This document shows, one piece after another, positions 45,471-60,430 of a DNA stretch of 64,000 bases. Position numbers and translations under genes: made by a program. The DNA comes from the human T2T-CHM13v2.0 reference genome, Homo sapiens. The notes beneath the pieces were generated by a model. That model was not told the origin of the DNA and ran no database searches. It worked only from the letters and a program-made list of their open reading frames with translations. Within the stretch, counting starts at the first letter, position 1, and every line of letters starts with the position of its first letter. Location: the NCBI RefSeq assembly GCF_009914755.1, contig NC_060937.1; one strand, written 5' to 3'.

Positions 45471-46003
45471 GTACACCAAATATATATTTTATTGTGTACA
45501 TAAAATATCAAAGTACCCAAACTATACATTATATATTGTACATAAAATATGAAATTACATCAAATATATATTATATTAGGTACATAAAATATGAAAGTAC
45601 ATCAAATATAGATTATATACTGTATATAAAATATCAAAGTACCCCAAATATATATTATATACTGTGCATGAAATATCAAAGAACCCAAGGTATATATTCT
45701 ATACTGTAGAAAAAATATCAAAGTACCCAAAGCATGTATTATATACTGTACATAAAATATGAAAATACATCAAATATATATTTTATTATGTACATAAAAT
45801 ATCAAAGTACACCAGATATATATTTTATAGTGTACATAAAATATCAAAGTACCCAAAGTATACATCATATACTGTACATAAAATATGAAATTACATCAAA
45901 TATATATTATATTTGGTACGTAAAATATGAAATTACATCAAATATAGATTATATACTGTACATAAAATATCAATGTACCCCAAATATATATTATATACTG
46001 TAC
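45471..46003 (+). repeat. Short 9-mer-type insert, a copy of ~37885-38415
   Basis: Shares aaagaacccaaggt, ctgtagaaaa, gaaaatac, ccagata and atttggtacgt with the second island at a constant offset of 7588 (ORF ends 38121/45709; ATGs 38416/46004). Confidence 0.85.
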
Positions 46004-48029
46004 ATGAAATATCAAAGTTCACAAACTATATATTATATACTGTACATAAAATATCAAAGTACCCAAACTATACATCATATACTGTACATAAAATATGAAA
46101 TTACATCAAATATATATTATATTAGGTATGTAAAATATGAAAGTACATCAAATATAGATTATATACTGTACATAAAATACCAAAGTACAGCAAATATTTA
46201 TTTTATTCTCTACATGAAATATCAAAGTTCTCAAACTATATATTATATACTGCACATAAAATATCAAAGTACCCAAGGTATATATTCCATACTGTACAAA
46301 AAATATCAAAGTACCCAAAGCATATATTATATGCTGTACATAAAATATGAAAGTACATCAAATATATATTTTATTCTGTACATAAAATATCAAAGTACAC
46401 TAAATATATATTCTATACTGTACATAAAATATCAAGGTACCCAAACTATACATTATATACTGTACCTAGAATATGAAATTACATCAAATATATATTATAT
46501 TAGGTACATAAAATATGAAAGTACATCAAATATAGATTATATACTGTACATAAAATATCAAAGTACCCAAATATATATCATATACTGTACATGAAATATC
46601 AAAGTTCACAAACTATATATTATATACTGTACATAAAATATCAAAGTACCCAAACTATACATTATATACTGTACATAAAATATGAAATTACATCAAATAT
46701 ATATTATATTAGGTATGTAAAATATGAAAGTACATCAAATATAGATTATATACTGTACATAAAATACCAAAGTACCCCAAATATATATTTTATACTGTAG
46801 ATGAAATATCCAAGTTCTCAAACTACATATTATATACTGCATATAAAATATCAAAGTACCCAAGGTATATATTCCATACTGTACAAAAAATATCAAAGTA
46901 CCCAAAGCATATATTATATGCTGTAAATAAAATATGAAAGTACATCAAATATATATTTTATTCTGTACATAAAATATCAAAATACACTAAATATATATTC
47001 TATACTGTACATAAAATATCAAGGTACCCAAACTATACATTATATACTGTACCTAGAATATGAAATTACATCAAATATATATTATATTAGGTACATAAAA
47101 TATGAAAGTACATCAAATATAGATTATATACTGTACATAAAATATCAAAGTACCCAAATATATATCATATACTGTACATGAAATATCAAAGTTCACAAAC
47201 TATATATTATATACTGTACATAAAATATCAAAGTACCCAAACTATACATTATATACTGTACATAAAATATGAAATTACATCAAATATATATTTTATTAGG
47301 TATGTAAAATATGAAAGTACATCAAATATAGATTATATACTGTACATAAAATACCAAAGTACCACAAATATATATTTTATACTGTACATGAAATATCAAA
47401 GTTCTCAAACTATATATTATATACTGCACATAAAATATCAAAGTACCCAAGTTATATATTCCATACTGTACAAAAAATATCAAAGTACCCAAAGCATATA
47501 TTATATTCTGTACATAAAATATGAAATTACATCAAATATATATTTTATTCTGTACATAAAATTTCAAAGTACACCAAATATATATTCTATACTGTACATA
47601 AAATATCAAGGTACCCAAACTATACATTATATACTGTACATAAAATATGAAATTACATCAAATATATATTATATTAGGTACATAAAATATGAAAGTACAT
47701 CAAATATAGATTATATACTGTACATAAAATATCAAAGTACCCAAATATATATCATATACTGTACATGAAATATCAAAGTTCACAAACTATATATTATATA
47801 CTGTACATAAAATATCAAAGTACCCAAACAATACATTATATACTGTACATAAAATCTGAAATTCCATCAAATATATATTATATTAGGTATGTAAAATATG
47901 AAAGTACATCAAATATAGATTATATACTGTACATAAAATACCAAAGTACCCCAAATATATATTTTATACTGTACATGAAATATCAAAGCTCTCAAAATAT
48001 ATATTATATACTGCACATAAAATATCAAA

Positions 48030-49600
48030 GTACCCAAGCTATATATTCCATACTGTACAAAAAATATCAAAGTACCCAAAGCATATATTATATGCTACAC
48101 ATAAAATATGAAAGTACATCAAATATATATTTTATTCGGTACATAAAATATCAAAGTACACCAAATATATATTCTATACTGTACATAAAATATCAAGGTA
48201 CCCAAACTATACATTATATTCTGTACATAAAATATGAAATTACATCAAATATATATTATATTAGGTACATAAAATATGAAAGTACATCAAATATAGATTA
48301 TATACTGTACATAAAATATCAAAGTACCCAAATATATATCATATACTGTACATGAAATATCAAAGTTCAAAAACTATATATTATATACTGTACATAAAAT
48401 ATCAAAGTACCCAAACTATACATTATATACTGTACATAAAATATGAAATTGCATCAAATATATATTATATTAGGTATGTAAAATATGAAAGTACATCCAA
48501 TATAGATTATATACTGTACATAAAATACCAAAGTACCCCAAATATATATTTTATACTGTACATGAAATATCAAAGTACTCAAACTATATATTATATACTG
48601 CACATAAAAAATCAAAGTACCCAAGGTATATATTCCATACTGTACAAAAAATATCAAAGTACCCAAAGCATATATTATATGCTGTACATAAAATATGAAA
48701 GTACATGAAATATATATTTTATTCTCTACATAAAATATCAAAGTACACCAAATATATATTCTATACTGTAAATAAAATATCAAGGTACCCAAACTATACA
48801 TTATATACTGTACATAAAATATGAAATTACATCAAATATATATTATATTAGGTACATAAAATATGAAAGTACATCAAATATAGATTATATACTGTACATA
48901 AAATATCAAAGTACCCAAATATATATCATATACTGTACATGAAATATCAAAGTTCACAAACTATATATTATATACTGTACATAAAATATCAAAGTACCCA
49001 AACAATACATTATATACTGTACATAAAATCTGAAATTCCATCAAATATATATTATATTAGGTATGTAAAATATGAAAGTACATCAAATATAGATTATATA
49101 CTGTACATAAAATACCAAAGTACCCCAAATATATATTTTATACTGTACATGAAATATCAAAGCTCTCAAAATATATATTATATACTGCACATAAAATATC
49201 AAAGTACCCAAGGTATATATTCCATACTGTACAAAAAATATCAAAGTACCCAATGCATATATTATATGCTGTACATAAAATATGAAAGTACATCAAATAT
49301 ATATTTTATTCTGTACATAAAATATCAAAGTACACCAAATAAATATTCTAAACTGCACATAAAATATAAAGGTACCCAAACTATACATTATATACTGTAC
49401 ATAAAATATGAAATTACATCAAATATATATTATATTAGGTACATAAAATATGAAAGTACATCAAATATAGATTATATACTGTACATAAAATATCAAAGTA
49501 CCCAAATATATATCATATACTGTACATGAAATATCAAAGTTCACAAACTATATATTATATACTGTACATAAAATATCAAAGTACCCAAACTATACATTAA
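48030..49600 (+). repeat. Intra-array duplicated block, a copy of ~40070-41640
   Basis: Offset 7964 (ORF starts 40388/48352 and 40975/48939). Shared markers: gaaattgcatc, agtactcaa, agctctcaaaat, aaataaatattctaaactgcac. Confidence 0.85.
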
Positions 49601-52399
49601 ATACTGTACATAAAATATGAAATTACATCAAATATATATTTTATTAGGTATGTAAAATATGAAAGTACATCAAATATAGATTATATACTGTACATAAAAT
49701 ACCAAAGTACCCCAAATATATATTTTATACTGTACATGAAATATCAAAGTTCTCAAACTATATATTATATACTGCACATAAAATATCAAAGTACCCAAGT
49801 TATATATTCCATACTGTACAAAAAATATCAAAGTACCCAAAGCATATATTATATTCTGTACATAAAATATGAAATTACATCAAATATATATTTTATTCTG
49901 TACATAAAATTTCAAAGTACACCAAATATATATTCTATACTGTACATAAAATATCAAGGTACCCAAACTATACATTATATACTGTACATAAAATATGAAA
50001 TTACATCAAATATATATTATATTAGGTACATAAAATATGAAAGTACATCAAATATAGATTATATACTGTACATAAAATATCAAAGTACCCAAATATATAT
50101 CATATACTGTGCATGAAATATCAAAGTTCACAAACTATATATTATATACTGTACATAAAATATCAAAGTACCCAAACTATACATTATATACTGTACATAA
50201 AATATGAAATTACATCAAATATATATTTTATTAGGTATGTAAAATATGAAAGTACATCAAATATAGATTATATACTGTACATAAAATACCAAAGTACCCC
50301 AAATATATATTTTTTACTGTACATGAAATATCAAAGTTCTCAAACTATATATTATATACTGCACATAAAATATCAAAGTACCCAAGGTATATATTCCATA
50401 CTGTACAAAAATTATCAAAGTACCCAAAGCATATATTATATGCTGTACATAAAATATGAAAGTACATCAAGTATATATTTTATTCTGTACATAAAATATC
50501 AAAGTACACCAAATATATACTCTATACTGTACATAAAATATCAAGGTACCCAAACTATACATTATATACTGTACATAAGATATGAAATTACATCAAATAT
50601 ATATTATATTAGGTATGTAAAATATGAAAGTACATCAAATATAGATTATATACTGTACATAAAATATCAAAGTACCCAAATATATATCATATACTGTACA
50701 TGAAATATCAAAGTTCACAAACTATATATTATATACTGTACATAAAATATCAAAGTACCCAAACTATACATTATATACTGTACATAAAATATGAAATTAC
50801 ATCAAATATATATTTTATTAGGTATGTAAAATATGAAAGTACATCATATATAGATTATATACTGTACATAAAATACCAAAGTACCCCAAATATATATTTT
50901 ATACTGTACATGAAATATCAAAGTTCTCAAACTATATATTATATACTGCACATAAAATATCAAAGTACCCAAGCTATATATTCCATACTGTACAAAAAAT
51001 ATCAAAGTACCCAAAGCATATATTATATGCTGTACATAAAATATGAAAGTACATCAAGTATATATTTTATTCTGTACATAAAATATCAAAGTACACCAAG
51101 TATATATTCTATACTGTACATAAAATATCAAGGTACCCAAACTATACATTATATACTGTATATAAGATATGAAATTACATCAAATATATATTATATTATG
51201 TACGTAAAATATGAAAGTACATCAAATATAGCTTATATACTGTACATAAAATATCAAAGTACCCAAATATATATCATATACTGTACATGAAATATCAAAG
51301 TTCACACACTATATATTATATACTGTACATAAAATATCAAAGTACCCAAACTATACATTATATACTGTACATAAAATATGAAATTACATCAAATATATAT
51401 TTTATTAGGTATGTAAAATATGAAAGTACATCAAATATAGATTATATACTGTACATAAAATACCAAAGTACCCCAAATATATATTTTATACTGTACATGA
51501 AATATCAAAGTTCTCAAACTATATATTATATACTGCACATAAAATATCAAAGTACCCAAGGTATATATTCCATACTGTACAAAAAATATCAAAGTACCCA
51601 AAGCATATATTATATGCTGTACATAAAATATGAAAGTACATCAAGTATATATTTTATTCTGTACATAAAATATCAAAGTACACCAAGTATATATTCTATA
51701 CTGTACATAAAATATCAAGGTACCCAAACTATCCATTATATACTGTATATAAGATATGAAATTACATCAAATATATATTATATTATGTACGTAAAATATG
51801 AAAGTACATCAAATATAGCTTATATACTGTACATAAAATATCAAAGTACCCAAATATATATCATATACTGTACATGAAATATCAAAGTTCACAAACTATA
51901 TATTATATACTGTACATAAAATATCAAAGTACCCAAACTATACATTACATACTGTACATAAAATATGAAATTACATCAAATATATATTTTATTAGGTATG
52001 TAAAATATGAAAGTACATCAAATATAGATTATATACTGTACATAAAATACCAAAGTACCACAAATATATATTTTATACTGTACATGAAATATCAAAGTTC
52101 TCAAACTCTATATTATATACTGCACATAAAATATCAAAGTACCCAAGGTATATATTCCATACTGTACAAAAAATATCAAAGTACCCAAAGAATATATTAT
52201 ATGCTGTACATAAAATATGAAAGTACATGAAATATATATTTTATTCTATACATAAAATATCAAAGTACACCAAATATATATTCTATACTGTACATAAAAT
52301 ATCAAGGTACCCAAACTATACATTATATACTGTACATAAAATATGAAATTACATCAAATATATATTATATTAGGTACATAAAATATGAAAGTACATCAA

Positions 52400-53950
52400 A
52401 TATAGATTCTATACTGTACATAAAATATCAAAGTACCCAAATATATATCATATACTGTACATGAAATATCAAAGTTCACAAACTATATATTATATACCGT
52501 ACATAAAATATCAAAGTACCCAAACTATACATTATATTCTGTACTTAAAATATGAAATTACATCAAATATATTTTATTAGGTACGTAAAATATGAAAGTA
52601 CATCAAATATAGATTATATACTGTACACAAAATACAAAAGTACCCCAAATATATATTTTATACTGTACATGAAATATCAAAGTTCTCAAACTATATATTA
52701 TATACTGCACATAAAATATCAAAGTACCCAAGGTATATATTCCATACTGTACAAAAAATATCAAAGTACCCAAAGCATATATTATATGCTGTACCTAAAA
52801 TATGAAAATACATCAAATATATGTTTTATTCTGTAGATAAAATATCAAAGTACACCAAATATATATTCTATACTGTACATAAAATATCAAGGTACCCAAA
52901 CTATACATTATATACTGTACATAAAATATGAAATTACATCAAATATATATTATATTAGGTACATAAAATATGAAAGTACATCAAATATAGATTATATACT
53001 GTACATAAAATATCATAGTACCCAAATATATATCATATACTGTACATGAAATATCAAAGTTCACAAACTATATATTATATACTGTACATAAAATATCAAA
53101 GTACCCAAACTATACATTATATACTGTACATAAAATATGAAATTACATCAAATATATATTATATTAGGTATGTAAAATATGAAAGTACATCAAATATAGA
53201 TTATATACTGTACATAAAATACCAAAGTACCCCAAATATATATTTAATACTGTACATGAAATATCAAAGTTCTCAAACTATATATTATATACTGCACATA
53301 AAATATCAAAGTACCCAAGGTATATATTCCATACTGTACAAAAAATATCAAAGTACCCAAAGCATATATTATATGCTGTACATAAAATATGAAAGTACAT
53401 CAAATATATATTTTATTCTGTACATAAAATATCAAAGTACACCAAATATATATTCTATACTTTACATAAAATATCAAGGTACCCAAACTATACATTATAT
53501 ACTGTACATAAAATATGAAATTACATCAAATATATATTATATTAGGTACATAAAATATGAAAGTACATCAAATATAGATTATATACTGTACATAAAATAT
53601 CAAACTACCCAAATATATATCATATACTGTACATGAATTATCAAGGTACCCAAACTATACATTATATACTGTACATAAAATATGAAATTACATCAAATAT
53701 ATATTAGATTAGGTATATAAAATATGAAATTACATCAAATATATATTATATTAGGTATGTAAAATATGAAAGTAAATCAAATATAGATTATATACTGTAC
53801 ATAAAATACCAAAGTACCCCAAATATATATTTTATACTGTACATGAAATATCAAAGTTCTCAAACTATATATTATATACTGCAAATAAAATATCAAAGTA
53901 CCCAAGGTATATATTCCATACTGTACAAAAAATATCAAAGTACCCAAAGC
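52400..53950 (+). repeat. Intra-array duplicated block, a copy of ~43850-45400
   Basis: Offset 8553 (ORF starts 43999/52552, 44493/53046, 45290/53843). Shared: the 2-bp deletion, ataccgtac, atatgttttattctgtaga and ttagattaggtatat. Confidence 0.87.
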
Positions 53951-56900
53951 ATATATTATATGCTGTACATAAAATATGAAAGTACATCAAATATATATTT
54001 TATTCTGTACATAAAATATCAAAGTGCACCAAATATATATTCTATACTGTACATAAAATATCAAGGTACCCAAACTATACATTATATACTGTACATAAAA
54101 TATGAAATTACATCAAATATATATTATATTAGGTACATAAAATATGAAAGTACATCAAATATAGATTATATACTGTACATAAAATATCAAAGTACCCAAA
54201 TATATATCATATACTGTACATGAAATATCAAAGTTCACAAACTATATATTATATACTGTACATAAAATATCAAAGTACCCAAAGTATACATTATATACTG
54301 TACATAAAATATGAAATTACATCAAATATATATTATATTAGGTATGTAAAATATGAAAGTACATCAAATATAGATTATATACTGTACATAAAATACCAAA
54401 GTACCCCAAATATATATTTTATACTGTACATGAAATATCAAAGTTCTCAAAATATATATTATATACTGCACATAAAATATCAAAGTACGCAAGGTATATA
54501 TTCCATACTGTACAAAAAATATCAAAGTACCCAAAGCATATATTATATGCTGTACATAAAATATGAAAGTACATCAAATATATATTTTATTCTGTACATA
54601 AAATATCAAAGTACACCAAATACATATTCTAAACTGCACATAAAATATAAAGGTACCCAAACTATACATTATATACTGTACATAAAATATGAAATTACAT
54701 CAAATATATATTATATTAGGTACATAAAATATGAAAGTACATCAAATATAGCTTATATACTGTACATAAAATATCAAAGTACCCAAATATATATCATATA
54801 CTGTACATGAAATATCAGTTCACAAACTATATATTATATACCGTACATAAAATATAAAAGTACCCAAACTATACATTATATACTGTACATAAAATATGAA
54901 ATTACATCAAATATATATTTTATTAGGTATGTAAAATATGAAAGTACATCAAATATAGATTATATACTGTACATAAAATACCAAAGTACCCCAAATATAT
55001 ATTTTATACTGTACATGAAATATCAAAGTTCTCAAACTATATATTATATACTGCACATAAAATATCAACGTACCCAAGGTATATATTCCATACTGTACAA
55101 AAAATATCAAAGTACCCAAAGCATATATTATATTCTGTACATAAAATATGAAAGTACATCAAATATATATTTTATTCTGTACATAAAATTTCAAAGTACA
55201 CCAAATATATATTCTATACTGTACATAAAATATCAAGGTACCCAAACTATACATTATATACTGTACATAAAATATGAAATTACATCAAATATATGTTATA
55301 TTAGGTACATAAAATATGAAAGTACATCAAATATAGATTATATACTGTACATAAAATATCAAAGTACCCAAATATATATCATATACTGTACATGAAATAT
55401 CAAAGTTCACAAACTATATATTATATACTGTACATAAAATATCAAAGTACCCAAACTATACATTATATACTGTACATAAAATATGAAATTACATCAAATA
55501 TATATTTTATTAGGTATGTAAAATATGAAAGTACATCAAATATAGATTATATACTGTACATAAAATACCAAACTACCCCAAATATATATTTTATACTGTA
55601 CATGAAATATCAAAGTTCTCAAACTATATATTATATACTGCACAGAAAATATCAAAGTACCCAAGGTATATATTCCATACTGTACAAAAAATATCAAAGT
55701 ACCCAAAGCATATATTATATGCTGTACATAAAATATGAAAGTACATGAAATATATATTTTATTCTGTACATAAAATATCAAAGTACACCAAATATATATT
55801 CTATACTGTACATAAAATATCAAGGTACCCAAACTATACATTATATACTGTACATAAAATATGAAATTACATCAAATATATATTATATTAGGTACATAAA
55901 ATATGAAAGTACATCAAATATAGCTTATATACTGTACATAAAATATCAAAGTACCCAAATATATATCATATACTGTACATGAAATATCAAAGTTCACAAA
56001 CTATATATCATATACTGTACATAAAATATCAAAGTACCCAAACTATACATTATATACTGTACATAAAATATGAAATTACATCAAATATATATTATATTAG
56101 GTATGAAAATATGAAAGTACATCAAATATAGATTATATACTGTACATAAAATACCAAAGTACCCCAAATATATATTTTATACTGTACATGAAATATCAAA
56201 GTTCTCAAACTATATATTATATACTGCACAGAAAATATCAAAGTACCCAAGGTATATATTCCATACTGTACAAAAAATATCAAAGTACCCAAAGCATATA
56301 TTATATGCTGTACATAAAATATGAAAGTACATGAAATATATATTTTATTCTGTACATAAAATATCAAAGTACACCAAGTATATATTCTATACTGTACATA
56401 AAATATCAAGGTACCCAAACTATACATTATATACTGTATATAAGATATGAAATTACATCAAATATATATTATATTATGTACGTAAAATATGAAAGTACAT
56501 CAAATATAGCTTATATACTGTACATAAAATATCAAAGTACCCAAATATATATCATATACTGTACATGAAATATCAAAGTTCACACACTATATATTATATA
56601 CTGTACATAAAATATCAAAGTACCCAAACTATACATTATATACTGTACATAAAATATGAAATTACATCAAACATATATTTTATTAGGTATGTAAAATATG
56701 AAAGTACATCAAATATAGATTATATACTGTACATAAAATACCAAAGTACCCCAAATATATATTTTATACTGTACATGAAATATCAAAGTTCTCAAACTAT
56801 ATATTATATACTGCACATAAAATATCAAAGTACCCAAGGTATATATTCCATACTGTACAAAAAATATCAAAGTACCCAAAGCATATATTATATGCTGTAC

Positions 56901-58359
56901 ATAAAATATGAAAGTACATCAAGTATATATTTTATTCTGTACATAAAATATCAAAGTACACCAAGTATATATTCTATACTGTACATAAAATATCAAGGTA
57001 CCCAAACTATACATTATATACTGTATATAAGATATGAAATTACATCAAATATATATTATATTATGTACGTAAAATATGAAAGTACATCAAATATAGCTTA
57101 TATACTGTACATAAAATATCAAAGTACCCAAATATATATCATATACTGTACATGAAATATCAAAGTTCACACACTATATATTATATACTGTACATAAAAT
57201 ATCAAAGTACCCAAACTATACATTATATACTGTACATAAAATATGAAATTACATCAAATATATATTTTATTAGGTATGTAAAATATGAAAGTACATCAAA
57301 TATAGATTATATACTGTACATAAAATACCAAAGTACCCCAAATATATATTTTATACTGTACATGAAATATCAAAGTTCTCAAACTATATATTATATACTG
57401 CACATAAAATATCAAAGTACCCAAGGTATATATTCCATACTGTACAAAAAATATCAAAGTACCCAAAGCATATATTATATGCTGTACATAAAATATGAAA
57501 GTAAATGAAATATATATTTTATTCTCTACATAAAATATCAAAGTACACCAAATATATATTCTATACTGTACATAAAATGTCAAGTTACCCAAAGTATACA
57601 TTATATACTGTACATAAAATATGAAATTATATCAAATATATATTATATTAGGTACATAAAATATGAAAGTACATCAAATATAGATTATATACTGTACATA
57701 AAATATCAAAGTACCCAAATATATATCATATACTGTACATGAAATATCAAAGTTCACAAACTATATATTATATACTGTACATAAAATATCAAAGTACCCA
57801 AACTATACATTATATACTGTACATAAAAGATGAAATTACTTCAAATATATATTTTATTAGGTATGTAAAATATGAAAGTACATCAAATATAGATTATATA
57901 CTGTACATAAAATACCAAAGTACCACAAATATATATTTTATACTGTACATGAAATATCAAAGTTCTCAAACTATATATTATATACTGCACATAAAATTTC
58001 AAAGTACCCAAGGTATATATTCCATACTGTACAAAAAATATCAAAGTACCCAAAGCATATATTATATGCTGTACTTAAAATATGAAAGTACATGAAATAT
58101 GTATTTTATTCTCTACATAAAATATCAAAGTACATCAAATATATATTCTATACTGTACATAAAATATCAAGGTACCCAAACTATACATTATATACTGTAC
58201 ATAAAATATGAAATTACATCAAATATATATTATATTAGGTACATAAAATATGAAAGTACATCAAATATAGATTATATACTGTACATAAAATATCAAAGTA
58301 CCCAAATATATACCATATACTGTACATGAAATATCAAAGTTCACAAACTATATATTATA

Positions 58360-60430
58360 TACTGTACATAAAATATCAAAGTACCCAAACTATACATTAT
58401 ATACTGTACATAAAATATGAAATTACATCAAATATATATTTTATTAGGTATGTAAAATATGAAAGTACATCAAATATAGATTATATACTGTACATAAAAT
58501 ACCAAAGTACCCCAAATATATATTTTATACTGTACATGAAATATCAAAGTTCTCAAACTATATATTATATACTGCACATAAAATATCAAAGTACCCAAGG
58601 TATATATTCCATACTGTACAAAAAATATCAAAGTACCCAAAGCATATATTATATGCTGTACATAAAATATGAAAGTACATCAAGTATATATTTTATTCTG
58701 TACATAAAATATCAAAGTACACCAAGTATATATTCTATACTGTACATAAAATATCAAGGTACCCAAACTATACATTATATACTGTATATAAGATATGAAA
58801 TTACATCAAATATATATTATATTATGTACGTAAAATATGAAAGTACATCAAATATAGCTTATATACTGTACATAAAATATCAAAGTACCCAAATATATAT
58901 CATATACTGTACATGAAATATCAAAGTTCACACACTATATATTATATACTGTACATAAAATATCAAAGTACCCAAACTATACATTATATACTGTACATAA
59001 AATATGAAATTACATCAAATATATATTTTATTAGGTATGTAAAATATGAAAGTACATCAAATATAGATTATATACTGTACATAAAATACCAAAGTACCCC
59101 AAATATATATTTTATACTGTACATGAAATATCAAAGTTCTCAAACTATATATTATATACTGCACATAAAATATCAAAGTACCCAAGGTATATATTCCATA
59201 CTGTACAAAAAATATCAAAGTACCCAAAGCATATATTATATGCTGTACATAAAATATGAAAGTACATCAAGTATATATTTTATTCTGTACATAAAATATC
59301 AAAGTACACCAAGTATATATTCTATACTGTACATAAAATATCAAGGTACCCAAACTATACATTATATACTGTATATAAGATATGAAATTACATCAAATAT
59401 ATATTATATTATGTACGTAAAATATGAAAGTACATCAAATATAGCTTATATACTGTACATAAAATATCAAAGTACCCAAATATATATCATATACTGTACA
59501 TGAAATATCAAAGTTCACACACTATATATTATATACTGTACATAAAATATCAAAGTACCCAAACTATACATTATATACTGTACATAAAATATGAAATTAC
59601 ATCAAATATATATTTTATTAGGTATGTAAAATATGAAAGTACATCAAATATAGATTATATACTGTACATAAAATACCAAAGTACCCCAAATATATATTTT
59701 ATACTGTACATGAAATATCAAAGTTCTCAAACTATATATTATATACTGCACATAAAATATCAAAGTACCCAAGGTATATATTCCATACTGTACAAAAAAT
59801 ATCAAAGTACCCAAAGCATATATTATATGCTGTACATAAAATATGAAAGTACATCAAGTATATATTTTATTCTGTACATAAAATATCAAAGTACACCAAG
59901 TATATATTCTATACTGTACATAAAATATCAAGGTACCCAAACTATACATTATATACTGTATATAAGATATGAAATTACATCAAATATATATTATATTATG
60001 TACGTAAAATATGAAAGTACATCAAATATAGCTTATATACTGTACATAAAATATCAAAGTACCCAAATATATATCATATACTGTACATGAAATATCAAAG
60101 TTCACACACTATATATTATATACTGTACATAAAATATCAAAGTACCCAAACTATACATTATATACTGTACATAAAATATGAAATTACATCAAATATATAT
60201 TTTATTAGGTATGTAAAATATGAAAGTACATCAAATATAGATTATATACTGTACATAAAATACCAAAGTACCCCAAATATATATTTTATACTGTACATGA
60301 AATATCAAAGTTCTCAAACTATATATTATATACTGCACATAAAATATCAAAGTACCCAAGGTATATATTCCATACTGTACAAAAAATATCAAAGTACCCA
60401 AAGCATATATTATATGCTGTACATAAAATA
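58360..60430 (+). repeat. Run of about 3.5 near-identical 587-bp units (youngest layer)
   Basis: Units 58913-59499 and 59500-60086 have identical translations and look nucleotide-identical by eye. They share six private variants. Confidence 0.88.
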
